Shown here piece by piece: positions 35,246 through 47,472 of a stretch of 47,472 nt of DNA. The notes beneath the pieces were generated by a model that was not told where the DNA came from, made no database searches, and saw only the letters and a list, made by a program, of their open reading frames with translations. Position 1 is the stretch's first letter. Every line of letters begins with the position of its first letter. The DNA lies in contig NC_068981.1 in assembly GCF_001194135.2 (NCBI RefSeq), forward strand, positions 86,810,277-86,857,748. Reading direction: 5' to 3'. This stretch comes from Octopus bimaculoides. Lineage: Eukaryota. Both the position numbers and the translations under genes were made by a program.

Positions 35246-36065
35246 TGCGTCGCACTGCGAGTTCACATGAATGTGCCTGTATGTGTATGTGTGTATGTGT
35301 GTATGTGAGTGTGAGTGCATGTAGAGGTGCAGTCATGGCTCGATGGTTAAGAAGGTCGCTTCGCAACCATGTGTTTTCGGTTTCACTCCCTCTATGCACC
35401 ACCTTGTATAAGACCTTGTCAAATTACTTTATCTACCAAAATTTGATATAGAATGTCAGAAAAATAATATTTTCTCTATCAACTAATGGCTTATTCATGA
35501 TGTCTACTGTATTTACAACCATGTTTTCCTTTGAAGTTTACGTTATCTCTTTTCAGTTGTCTCACTTTACTATTCCAGAACAGATTAAAACGAGAGTAGT
35601 TTGAGAATCCACCTAGCCGTCTAAGCAGGGAAATCACAATATTTAGGCCACTACATATAAACTACCGATGCTCATGTTAGCAGACATTTTGTGAAACTAC
35701 TTTGATATTTTCGTACTCTTCATACGGTGAGCAATTGAAAGAGAAAAATTGCAGTTACAATAGTGCAATAAAAAATTTAAAAAACTCCACGCTTCTGCTG
35801 GAGCTGAGCATAAAAAGCTGTCAGTCTTGTGGCTGATAATCCAATATCTTCATTAGAAAGCGAAGTGTAGTGAAGTCAAAAAAGAATAACAAAATGTATG
35901 AGTTATTTGGAGATGTGTCTGAAAGCTCGTCAGAACTTTCACAAGAATACCCGAGTTTGCCAAAAAAAAAAAAAGAAAAAAAAAGTATTGTGCCCAAAAG
36001 AATAATTGATGCACCTAGCATCCAAACTGAACAACCAAAAAAGGAAAAAAGTTTTGCGTTGGTAG

Positions 36066-36235
36066 CTGAGTTCAAATTCCGCCGAGGTCAACATTGCCTT
36101 TCATCCTTTGAAGATCGATTAAATAAGTACTAGTTACGCAGTGGGTTCGATGTAATAGACTTAATCCCTTTGTCTATTCCTGTTTGTCCCCTCTGTGTTC
36201 ATTCCCCTGTGGGCAATAAAGAAATAATTATTATT
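36066..36235 (+). mobile_element. SINE family B, 5'-truncated
   Basis: CTGAGTTCAAATTCCGCCGAGGTCAACATTGCC...GGCAATAAAGAAATAA; same 3' variant as the 9183 copy. Confidence 0.88.
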
Positions 36236-36247
36236 AAAGCTTTAATT

Positions 36248-36490
36248 AGGGCGGTGAGCTGGCAGAAGAGTGAGCACGCGCGGCAATAATGCTTATCGTG
36301 AGAATAGTGAGCACGCTCGGCAATAATGTATCTCGTCCGTCTCTACATTCAGATTTCAAATTCCGCCGAGGTCGACTTTGCCTTTCATCCTTTCGGAGTC
36401 GATAAAATAAATAACACTTGAATACTGGGGTCGATGTAATCGACTTACCATCTCTCCCGAAATTGCTGGCCTTCTGCCAAAATTTGAAAC
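36248..36490 (+). mobile_element. SINE family B with internal duplication in the head
   Basis: GGCGGTGAGCTGGCAGAA then AGTGAGCACGC(G/T)CGGCAATAATG twice, then the normal body. Confidence 0.9.
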
Positions 36491-36619
36491 CTTTAGTATA
36501 TTTTTGTTTCCTTTTGACGGTAAACATATTTCTGTAATTGTATATTAGAAAATTAAAGTTTTATGACCACTGCGTAAATTTAAAATATTCATGACCTGGA
36601 GCAATTCTTTTTTACTTTA

Positions 36620-36785
36620 GGCACAAGGCCCGAAATTTTGGGGGAAGGGGTGGGGCAGTCGATTAGATCGACTCCAGTACGCAACTAGTACTTAATTTAT
36701 CGACCCGGAAAGGATGAAAGGTACAGTCGACCTCGCCGGAATTTGACTCAGAACGTAAAGACAGACGAAATACCGTTAAGCATTT
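36620..36785 (-). mobile_element. SINE family B (head lost in N gap)
   Basis: Reverse complement AAATGCTTAACGGTATTTCGTCTGTCTTTACGTTCTGAGTCAAATTCCGGCGAGGTCGAC. Confidence 0.9.
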
Positions 36786-36795
36786 NNNNNNNNNN

Positions 36796-36838
<43 letters not shown>

Positions 36839-37269
36839 ACTCTCTATCTCTCATTCACACACACACACACATTCTCTCTCTCTCTCACACTCTCTCTCTC
36901 TCTCTCACACACTCTCCCTCTCTCTCACACACACACGCATACACACACTCGCACACACTGAAACACGCGTATACTCGCACACAGACATACATGTACACAA
37001 TTTTACACAAATTTATACGAATACATGCATACACACATGTTACATAAGGGCATACGTACTTCTGTACGTACACACACGCAGAGTTTCTGGGTTGGAATCT
37101 AGTCCTTTTCTATTGGTGAAAAAAATTTTAAACGATTCCAGAAAAATATACATATGTGTACACACGCATGCGCGCGCGCACACACACACAAGTGCGTGCG
37201 CACACACATGCACGTACACCTTTATACACATGCACACGCACACTCACTAAATTTTTCCATTAGCTTTAG

Positions 37270-37680
37270 AAGAATGAGCCATTATCCATAATCCTTTTCT
37301 GAAGTTGTTTAAGTCCTGCAATGTAAAAATAACAATGAGAGCTGGATAAGGTTATTGCGGTTAATGCCTGCCCATTTAGATTACTCTGCACATTCGGGTT
37401 TGTGGAGAAAATACGATTCTAATAAAGGTCTAAGTAAAAATGATTAAAAAGGATCCTGAGGTGAGGAATTCTGAAGAAATAGGAGAAGCAGAGTAGAGTG
37501 AATTGAGGTAGCCTTGGTTGGGTGATGTGCACTCAAAAGGTTCAGAACAGGGATGACAATTCATGAATTAGATAGAAAAGTATATCTCAATAGACAGCTA
37601 AAGACTGTTGAGATGTTGGTAAATGAAAACTTGTCTGTCACGCCAACTTTGTCACAGCCGTGATGTTGTTGTTTACTTTC
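37270..37680 (-). mobile_element. Possible CR1/L2 apurinic-endonuclease fragment
   Basis: LSAHHPT (DFNAHH) and QTRM (PTR) like remnants only. Confidence 0.3.
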
Positions 37681-37899
37681 AAGTAAGCTCAGCCTTTTTT
37701 TTCTTTTTAATATTGTGCCGGACAATGCTTGGGGCCACTGTAGCGTAAGGGACTACAAAAAAGGAAAAGAAAGGGGCCTACAAATTTAAAAGATGCCGAT
37801 TAACAGAAGGTTTAAAGGATTGAATATCGTCGACCGGAGAAAAAAAAAACAAGATGATAGCTGTGAGTTCCAGAGAGCAGTAGTTTGAGGGAAAAAGCT

Positions 37900-38260
37900 T
37901 TAAGAATAAAAAGACTTGTGACTAACAGGAAACTCAACAGATGATCGATGCACCTGGGAAAAGAAGCTGCTGACAGGTTTAAAGATCTTGACAGAGTATT
38001 GGGCCAGAAAGTTCGTCAGAAGAATGATCTTGAAAATACTTATAGAAAAGACACAAGGAAAATGCATTTCGACGATGAGTGAAAGAGTCCAACCTAGCAG
38101 AAAGAAGAGGATCCACTGAGTTAACAACTCAATTCTGAATTCAATGAAGTTAAGACACTCAAAGGGGACACCAGCCCAAACATGACAATAATATGCAATG
38201 CACGGTTGATACAAGATACACTCAGGCGCAAGAAATTTGTATAAGCCTATGGTCAGTATT
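37900..38260 (-). mobile_element. CR1/L2-group LINE ORF2 C-terminal fragment
   Basis: LYKFL...QPCIAYYCHVWAGVP.ECLN matches LYK...RP..EYCCHIWAGAP. Confidence 0.7.
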
Positions 38261-39974
38261 GTTCCAGTTGTGACTATTCCGTCATTTTTCATTATCTAAT
38301 ACTGTATTATCCACTGTGTCCTTCTCTTAAAAAAAATATTTGGGTGTGATTTGATTTGAGGTAGATTTGAATTCTATTCTATTTCTAGCAGGTTAAGTTA
38401 CCACACAGAGCATCCTTTGTGCGTGACTGAAAAACCCGCTAAATATATGAACAGTACACGAAAGTTGGAACTGTTTGTACTTTGTGTATCGTTAATGGAT
38501 ATTTGAGACCGATATATTTTTATTGATATATGTAGAGACTATTAAATCTTACTAAAAACTGCTAAACTTTCGTTATTTACGAAGTGAGCTGGTTTTAGCT
38601 CTGTACTTTTTTATGAATAGATGGTGGGAATATAAGTATGTCAGTATGTTTCTAAAGATGCATTGTAATCGTGTTTTAGTATTACTGAATAATTTAGGTA
38701 ATGGTTTATTCTTTAAGATTGTGATAAAATAGCTACACCGAGATGTGACATTGCAGGAAGCACTGCTTTCAAGAATTTAGTGATGGACGGATCCTATAAG
38801 CGAGAAAATTTGTCAATATTCATGCTACATAAACTAAAAGTATTTGTTTACGTCAATAACAAAATCTGTTAAAGTTTTCCAGAATAAAGGCCAATTCACT
38901 TACTATGTAAGATAAAATGTTTCCATTAGATCTGAGTCTGCCGAAGCCATATAGGTACTCACTAAACAAGAAAAGAAATTCCAATTAGAAACAAAGCGGA
39001 AGGATCTTTTATGTTTGTATCCGTATTTTTAGAAGTGCTGAAGGTGATAGTTACCTTTATTTTGGATACATTTATATGTTTTCAGAAATCAATTTAAAAG
39101 TATCTTAACACAAGAGAGACTGAAGAATTTAAGTTAGATGACGGTCCAATGAAGACCGCAATGATCAGAACACCGACTAATCCGATCGCTCTGTTGAACC
39201 TAAGTTACTGAATAAATAGCTGAGCACAAATAAAAAGAAACAGAAAAGAGAAAAACAGAAAAAAAATTGTAATACGTTTATATTTAATTTTCGGAAAGCA
39301 GATACGGTGATATTCTCAGTTTAAATGCCGTTTTCAGATATATTTCATATCTGGTGGTTGGGAACATTAGTTAATATTGCATGAGTCATTGCAACATATC
39401 TCATTTTTAAAATAAGTTCTCTTACTGAAATGTGTTGAGAGTTTCTATTGAACAAAGTGCTGTTACGTTTTGAGAAGTCAACTTCCAAGAGTTACATTTT
39501 GAAACAAATTCTTCTCAGGTGGTCATGGAAGGTTATTTGCTGAATGTGTTGCAAGCTCAACTCAATATACAATATTTAGATTACAGTATCCTTACCATCA
39601 AAAAGAATGGCTCACGTTTAGCACAAGCGTAATCCATTTTGGACCTTGATTATTTGGTAACTTAAATTGTAAAACTTTTGCTGAGAAAATAAAGTACACT
39701 TCTACTCTTCTGTTATTGCCAAATATAACGATCTTATTATCTCAATAAGATGAGAAAATGCTAATGGTAATTGACATTTTATTTAGTCAGCCTTTCCCCC
39801 GAAAACGTGCACCCTGATATTGGCGATTCTGCTAATTTCTTAGATAAACAAATCGAATAATTAAAGCTTTTATCTTTGTCCACAGTGTACTTTCAGACAT
39901 ATTGTCTGTGACATTATACATTAAATATCCCTATATATGAGTGTGTCTATTTGTGTGCGAACATNNNNNNNNNN

Positions 39975-40013
<39 letters not shown>

Positions 40014-40023
40014 ATATGTATAT

Positions 40024-40312
40024 GGGCGTGTGGTAAGAAAATTGCTTCCCAACCGCATGGTTCCGAGTTTCCGATATATTTATGTGTATGTGTCTTTGTG
40101 TTTGTGTTTTTCCCCACCACCATCGGTTGACAACCGATGTTGGTGTGTTTATGCCCCCGTTACTTACCGGTTCAGCAAAAGGCACAGACAGAATAAGTAC
40201 TAGGCTTACAAAGAATAAGTCCTGGTGTTGATTTCTTCGACTAAAACCCTTTAGGGTGGTGCTCCAGTATGGTCACCAACAAATGACTTACTCCTGTAAA
40301 AGATCAAAAGAA
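40024..40312 (+). mobile_element. SINE family A with internal deletion
   Basis: Head GTGTGGTAAGAAAATTGCTTCCCAACC joins directly to the TG tract and the 3' half. Confidence 0.88.
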
Positions 40313-40389
40313 TATATATATNNNNNNNNNNNNNNNNNNNNNNNNNNNNNNNNNNNNNNNNNNNNNNNNNNNNNNNNNNNNNNNTATAT

Positions 40390-40700
40390 ATACATATATA
40401 GTTAAAAAAAACAATAACAAAAAAACAACAAAGTGAGGACGTGATATGGATAGTATTATTGGACGCTCAGGAAAGGAAAGAGAGAGTGTATGACGTTTCG
40501 GGCGTAGCCCTTCGTCGGAAAGATGGAAAGTTCGGAGAATGGAAGAACGGAGAAAGAGGAAAATGGTACCGATATATATATTTGTAAGTGAAAATGGAAT
40601 TTCTGTTTCTTTCTCCCTATCTTAGAGAGAGAGGGGGGAGAGAGAACGAGAGAGAGAAAGAGCGAGAAAGTGAGAGAGAGGAAATAGAGCAACGCATTTG
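40390..40700 (-). mobile_element. Penelope-type terminal repeat with hammerhead-like motif
   Basis: Minus strand 40518-40492 CCGACGA-A-GGGC-TAC-GCCC-GAAACGTC fits the minimal PLE hammerhead pattern, with U4 to C and a weak stem I. Confidence 0.6.
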
Positions 40701-40719
40701 TCAATCTCTTGTTAAACAA

Positions 40720-42110
40720 CATTCCTATGATTTATAAAATGACAAATCCTTGTACAGATAATATAATAACGAGGCAAAAATGACTTTCATCATAATTATA
40801 AATAGATCATTTGTGCAACGCCTTGTCTTGAGTAAGCCGCAAATTACATTGGAAAACCACCGAAGTAACTTTTTTTTATTATGCAGCGTCAAACGTGGCC
40901 TTATAATTTCCATCAAAAATTAACTGAGTATCGTTAGCAAACACATCATCGATTCTATAGACTTAAAGAGGAAAATGCCGCAAAATTGCAGCAAATGAAC
41001 AGCAGCAGAACAGTCATTAGGTGGTTCAATAATATGAGAAATAAAGCACACTCTGGATTCATCCATTTTGATTTAGTAGAACCTTACCCATCTGTTTTAA
41101 GAAGCTGTCTTCAGAAAGCTTTATAATTTTCCAAAACATTTGTACCTATTCATGAGACAGATACCAATGTTGTAAGGAACACCAAGCAGTTCATATTATT
41201 TTATAACGACACATGGTTAAAAAAATAAAGCCATATATAACTTCTTTAGATATTTTAAAGGCATTAAAAAATGCTAACTTAACTTTTGTACATTTTTAAC
41301 AGATTAAAGAAAAAAATCAACTTTTCCAGCGTAGGAGTGTATAGAGACAACAAATGGACAGGCCCACGCTCTTATGCATTGTCTGAATGGCCCCAACGTA
41401 GGAAAATTTCCCTAGTGTATTAAATGGTATATTTAATGAAGTTAGATTAAAAATCACTGACAGCACTTCCTTAAGAATCATCAATAACTTCTTAAACTTC
41501 TTAACTTCTTAAACATGATAACAGACTTCTTAACTTCATAAACATGATAACAGACAAGCATAGAAAACTAAATGAAGAATACCAATTATATGCCTCCCTT
41601 TATAAAGATGTTTTAGTATGTAACATCAGATGTACATTGAATCTCTCCTTCAAGACGAATATATTTAATCAGTTATAACGACCAATTGAAAAGTAGTAGT
41701 GTCAAAAATTAGATGTACGGAACAAAGTAATAGAACTAAGAAAAGACGGATGATCTTTTTAATGTTCCCCACATTTAGCACAAGGGTAGCATTTAATAAC
41801 GCCAAAAGTTTCCAATAAACGACAAAAATCCGCATCCCTACAATGTATTCAAACTATTTAACAAGAATACAGTAAAAGTATGCTACAGTTGTTTAGCAAA
41901 CATCATAACAAAAAATATCCCATAAGCAAATCACTACAGTTCAATTGCAACTAGACTTCGTCCTGCCTCACATAGGTGCTAGAGTATAGAATTAAATAGC
42001 CTCCACATAGAATTTTTTTTTAATCTGTAGAGCTAACGGAGACATATTCAAAAGGTATATACAGCACATTCATTCCTCCAGATCCCAAAATAAAATGAAT
42101 TGCTCAACTG
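40720..42110 (+). mobile_element. Second Penelope-like element (YRDDG-type RT), heavily degenerate
   Basis: RTVIRWFNNMRNKAHSGFIHFDLVEPYPS (FDIVEFYPS), IGVYRDN (GLYRDDG), NKNTVKVCYSCLAN-like segment and a GIY-YIG remnant near 42030. Confidence 0.8.
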
Positions 42111-43199
42111 TGTTCCAATATGCCTAAAATCTCTCGGTTAATGGAATTGATAATATCGTCATAATGTGTTCCATGGTTGAAACTGCAATACGATATTCAA
42201 TGACTTTAAAAAAGAGAAATATAATATCTTGGATGCTGTTCTTCAACATATCAAAATCTAAATATTGTTCATATGTAAAGCATAATATTACAAATGAATA
42301 TGAATATATACCTTTACAAAAATATTTCTGCTATATGCCAGTAAGCATACCAACACTCGTACACGACATTGGTAACAGCGAATCTATAATATTTACTCAG
42401 CAATAGGTTCTCTAATTACCTGCTAATAGATCCTTTTGACCGACCTTGATCAACAATATTTACATAACAGTAATTTTCCATAAAATGCATGCAACGCAAT
42501 AAATTTGGCCACTTCTTCAGCGCTGGCATAACAGTATGTTTGTATGTTTAGAGAATCGCTCTAGTCACGTGGTTCTACGTTTGATCTTATAATGTGACTA
42601 CCTTCAGGTACTTCAATACCTTGTAGATGGAGTCTAGTAGACGAGGGAAACCCTGTTTTCATCCCATACTCCAATCTGTAACTGTTAAAATTCTACAAAC
42701 TCCACTCTCACAGGATCCTGCCTCTCAAAGGCTGTGGTCTATTGGGCTGCCCTCACACCATCCGACAATATCACGAGACAATACACAGGCACGGAATGGC
42801 ATGGCATACAATGACTTTAAATGAAGATTCATGCAATACATGCCCTCCTTCACGTATTGTCTAACTTCGTGTGTATGACGTATTTGGTGGCAATATAGGA
42901 AAACTGACCTATACTATTGCTATTGCCAAATATACGCCTTGGTAATGCACTTCAACCATTGGCCACTGATAAACTGAAAATTCCATAGTCCTAGCTGGCT
43001 CACACACAATCAGTACTATATAATATATGCTGGCCGTCGAAGTTAAGGCCTATCATCCGGAAACCATGTTAGTCATGCAAATTATATGTAATCGCACACC
43101 ATCAAATTAGATGCCGTTCAACATGTTAAGTGTTTTAGCTGAGACCAACATCCTGAAGTCAATAAGGAAGTAAAAAAAAAAGCACTTAACCTGAACTGA

Positions 43200-43955
43200 C
43201 TAATGGGAGCCTAAATATCTCACTTAGGAGAAATTTGAAATTTCATGGAAATTTTCTTCCTTGTGGCTCCGAAATCCTCAAAAACCCTCCGGAAGAAGCC
43301 ATTTCAGCTGCTTGTATTCGTGATTGTACTCTTTCGTTCATTCAACATTCATGACCATAAGTGAGAATAGGCACGAAAGCCGAATTGAAGAGAGCAAGCT
43401 TGGCTTTTTCTACCAACCTCTCCTTTTCTAAGGATCGAATGTTGGAGCTAGTGCATTACTATGCTAGCACCTGCAATTGTAGCATCCAATTCTGCTTCTT
43501 GTCTTCCATCACCCGCGAATACAGCCTCGAGATACTTAAATTTCTCTACTTGTTACAGTAATGCTGCACTAATATGAAGGAGGTACTAGGAAGACTTTCT
43601 TGAGAGGTCCAATGTCTCAATTTTCACAACACTAATTCGCATCCCTACCTTGCAACACTCGACAGCGAACCTATTCAGTGCATGAGATCACTTTCTGATG
43701 AGTCAAGTGGCACCATGTCGTCTGAAAATATCAGCCGACCAGTCCTGAACACACGGATTATGATACGACTTCCAAAACGGCTGTGCATGTCCATCCAGTT
43801 AACAAAAATTATGAAAAGTTATGGTGATAATACGCAGCCCTGCTATAGTCAAACGCATGCATTAAAAAGTTTCGACTTATCACCATTTACCCGAACACAA
43901 GCATCTTGTCATTCGTATACGGGCTTATCACTCCAGCTTTGTTTTGGCTGATAAT
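43200..43955 (-). mobile_element. RTE-clade (Rex3-like) LINE reverse transcriptase fragment
   Basis: L*QGCVLSP*LFIIF, LIFSDDMV (LLFADDVV), KAKLALFNSAFVPILTYGHEC*MNERVQSRIQAAEM. Confidence 0.85.
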
Positions 43956-45061
43956 ACAGTAAATATCTCACTCTTTTGTATTTAGAAAGAGATTTTCTCC
44001 ACAATTTGCATGCATTACTAATCTCAGTTATCGAAGATTTTCATTTCACTGTATCAAATATTCGATAGCATATTAGAGATGTTAACGACCTTGGAAACAT
44101 GGAAATTATAGACATCCTCGATTCTATTGAAATTTTGAGGTTTGCCGTTCTGTTTTATTCAGGTAATATAAATAGCTTTACATACATAAACAATAGCTTT
44201 CGGAAAATATGTTTGATGTCTGTTGGACACTCTGCATAAAAATCTCGATGACTACAAATAATACATACGCAAATATATTTAACTACGTGTGTACATAGTT
44301 AAACAAGTATTAACATATTTCACGCAGAAAGTATTAAAAATGCTACATAAAAATTAAAATGCGAGGAAGATTATAAAAACATTACTCATTTACTAATTCT
44401 ATTTTCATTGATTTAGTATGTACAGAAGACAGCTCCAGATCTGTTTCGTGATAATTTTGACTTGCTCAGCGAAGAATAAATTTCACTGAGTCCACTAAGT
44501 ACGCGTTATATTCGTTCTTCTGTCGACTCGCGGCGGGTCTGGTGACGGTCGGGCTACGCATTTCGTTAAACGTGTATGTGCGTGTATGTATATGTGTGCA
44601 TTATGTGAACTTAGTCTATATATGCACACATAAGCACTCTTAAAATGCAATTCGCACTAAGATTTTTGCTGGATTCAGCCCTTGTCTCTTGCTGGAAAAA
44701 GTATGTGATCTACAAGAATAAGTCGATTAGGAAGAACTCAGCATTCGATGATACTCTGTTCATTATGGTCAGAAATGACATAACTAAACTCGACAGAATG
44801 CTTTGGTACATGGGTGTCTAGAATAATTACTCCTCGATACTGCTATTTTTGAGACAAAGCAACGTTCATTTTCAGATGACTTTTTCCGGTGGAGAATGAC
44901 CTGGTATCTTCTAACCCAGGGACAACTCTACAGCAAATGATTTAGACCTGATCAAGTATGCAATACATGCATTCTAGTTTACCTCAGTGAAAAAGCTCAG
45001 TATCCAGTTACAGAATCTCGATCAAATGAGAGTTAATGAGTGTTTTTTTTTTTTGTAAAAA

Positions 45062-45430
45062 TAGGTGTGGCTGCGTGGTAGGAAGCTTGCTTTTCAACCA
45101 AATGGTTCCGGTTTCAGTCCCACTGCGTGGCACCTTGGAAAGTGTCTTTTACTATAGCCTCGGGCCGACCAAAGCCATCGTATATATATATATGCACGCG
45201 CGCGTGTGTGTGTGTGTTTCTGTTCGCCCCCCCCCCACCGCTTGATAACCGGTGCTGGTGTGTTTACATCTCCGCAACTTGGCAGTTCGGCAACCGAGAC
45301 CGATAGAATAAGTACTAGGCTTATATAAAGTAAGTACTAGGGTCGTCGATACATTCGACTAAAAAATTCTTCAAGCCGGTGCCCCAGCATGGCCATATTC
45401 TACTGACTGCAACAAGTAAAAGATAAAAGA
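45062..45430 (+). mobile_element. tRNA-derived SINE family A
   Basis: GGTGTGGCTGCGTGGTAGGAAGCTTGC...GGTTCCGGTTTCAGTCCCACTGCGTGGCACC; homologous to 19481. Confidence 0.92.
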
Positions 45431-45574
45431 AATAATATGATTTCATAATGAAAAAAAAAAAACTATTTAGCTAGTGACATCGAACTGAATAGCGCCAGAG
45501 AAGATATGTCAGGCGAAGAGGCAAATACAGACAGGAAATTTAAGTTATATTATATTATGCACTTGTTCATGCAG

Positions 45575-45845
45575 GTGTTTGTGATAATGATACACCTGAA
45601 GCTGTGCTCAAGATGCTGACATTTTGCATAACCGATGCAACCGATGAGGAAAAAAAAATCTTGCAAAAATAATAAATTTAGCTCTATCACCCACAGTAAG
45701 GAAGTTTGCAAAGCTCTTGAATGGAATTGATGCAAGCAGGATCAGAGCAGAGCAAAGTAAAGCAGAACAAACTCCAAATACCAGCACTTGCTCATCTTCT
45801 TCCTATTCGAAAGAATCTATGCCAAATATCGTTCATCAGCTTTAG
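45575..45845 (+). other. Candidate terminal coding exon of unknown product (needs a 1-nt correction in an A9 run)
   Basis: Acceptor-like TTGTTCATGCAG then VCDNDTPEAVLKMLTFCITDATDEEKK / NLAKIINLALSPTVRKFAKLLNGIDASRIRAEQSKAEQTPNTSTCSSSSYSKESMPNIVHQL*; no recognisable domain. Confidence 0.25.
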
Positions 45846-46676
45846 CGAAAGCATGTAGTGCCAAGTTTCATAATTGGGTAGGATACAGGACTATGATTAC
45901 TTGCAAAATATTCGTGAATGAACTATTTTATGAAAAGAAAATTGTCTGCATAGATCATCGGTTGGCATTGGGAAAAATATTTCTGAAGAAAGTAAATGAC
46001 CGAGACAGGCTATTTAGACGAATAAAAATAGTTGAGTTAGTGTTAGCATATTTAATGTAGGAGAATTAAAAACCAACCTCAAAATAGATAACTAGAGAAG
46101 AAAAATAACCACATTATTAGTCAATGACTAGTATTATTTTCATATTTTCAGGAAGTAGGGAGAGACAACTACGAACATATTTCGATATTATTATGACTTC
46201 ATCAGTGAATCAGAGCATATATCTTACATAAAGAAAGAATCACAAACTGTGTGTATGAGTGAGCACGCGCGCGTGCTCATTCATACACACACACATACAG
46301 CGCACACGCACGCACGCATATACACACACACGCACGCATACACACGTACGCTCACACATATATAATCTCGTAGTATGCGTGTATGTACATGTGCGCATGG
46401 TGTGAACTAAGCCTTATATCGTAGGATAGTAGTAAGCTTCTAAAAAGCCGTGCTTACGACATGGTTTCATAAATATATATACCCACAATTGCTTGCTTGC
46501 GTGCACGTACCTGTGTGTGCGAGCACTACTTAACTCTACTTATTACGTGCATCTCAATGCTTGTTCCTCTTAATACACACTCACTCACACACACACATAC
46601 GTACAAATACATATACATATATATACATACATACACACATACATACACACATACATACATACTACATACGTATATA

Positions 46677-46721
<45 letters not shown>

Positions 46722-47067
46722 GCGCACATGCATATTGAATATATATTTTATCGCCTCTTCAGCTTGTTCAAAAGAATCCATGTCAAATATCGTTCATGAG
46801 CTTTAGCCAAAACATATAATGCCAAGTTTCATAATTAGGTAGGCAATACAGGAATATATTGTTACAAATATGTGAAGTAGTAGGATGACGAAAAGGATTT
46901 TTTTTAAGAAAATGGATTTGGGCCAAAATATTCTCTCTCTCTCCCCTCGTCCCCCCCACACTCACATTTACACTCACAAACACCACTCACATACATATAT
47001 ATACTGTCCCGCGCACTCATACAAACATTCGCTCAAACACTCATACACATACTCACACATTCGCACC

Positions 47068-47194
47068 CACTCACTCAAAAAGCACATACATTTATATATG
47101 TATGCTCACACACACGCACGCATACACATACACACACATTCGCACCCACTCACTCACAAACACATACATTTATATATGTATGCTCACACACACG

Positions 47195-47215
<21 letters not shown>
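47068..47215. repeat. About 80-bp tandem duplication inside a CA-rich low-complexity field
   Basis: CACTCACTCA..A.CACATACATTTATATATGTATGCTCACACACACGCA occurs twice. Confidence 0.85.
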
Positions 47216-47225
<10 letters not shown>

Positions 47226-47472
47226 CTACACATATTGCATATACACGTATTAACATACCACTATTTCCGGGAGGCTAAATTCGCCATATATTTTCCTTTT
47301 TCTTGTCAGACTTTTGCTTGCCTTGGCGTTTGTATAGCATGTTATTTCGTAATTCTTACCACACACGCACGCGCGCATGCGCACGCATACACACGCACAT
47401 ATACTTATATGTATGTATGTGCGTGTTAATTTCTTTTATTTATTCAATGGTTTACATATATATATATATATA

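Noticed and set aside
33604-35451. HT/CV-repeat ORFs (also at 5.6-6.3, 15.1-15.9 and 46.5-47.4 kb)
   Set aside because: Translations of (CA)n, (TG)n and (TA)n tracts.
39521-39650. Acceptor-like TTCTTCTCAG followed by two short open frames
   Set aside because: Both frames stop within 45 codons, with no homology or partner exon recognisable.
44876-44955. 80-bp AG..GT bounded segment as an upstream exon for 45575
   Set aside because: The frame needed to splice into 45575 contains stops.

Overview
AT-rich, repeat-saturated eukaryotic DNA from a draft assembly (N gaps at 13635-13856, 24506-25113, 27061-27593, 30700-30709, 36786-36795, 39965-39974, 40322-40384). The SINE families, dense microsatellites and transposon set look like an octopus (cephalopod) genome; this is recognition from memory, not a search result. 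I can support no intact host protein-coding gene, tRNA, rRNA or CRISPR array, and most ORF-track entries are microsatellite or N-run artefacts. The window is mostly decayed mobile elements: three tRNA-derived SINE families (about 18 copies or fragments), RTE, CR1/L2-like and R4/Dong-like LINE pieces, two Penelope-like elements, two hAT, two mariner and one Tigger/pogo transposase remnant. I found no convincing new multi-gene system. The best second-look items are TE architecture: (1) a SINE-head/RTE-body chimera present twice with the same junction; (2) a hAT transposase segment whose two halves are permuted at a near base-precise breakpoint; (3) a fold-back Penelope with an in-frame RT/GIY-YIG deletion fusion bounded by GAA/TTC tracts; (4) a nest of TAA-bounded Dong-like fragments plus a probable non-autonomous partner; (5) a Penelope-type hammerhead-like motif; (6) a candidate paired nuclear-receptor site and one possible orphan exon. 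Element boundaries are approximate (about +/-30 bp) unless stated as exact.
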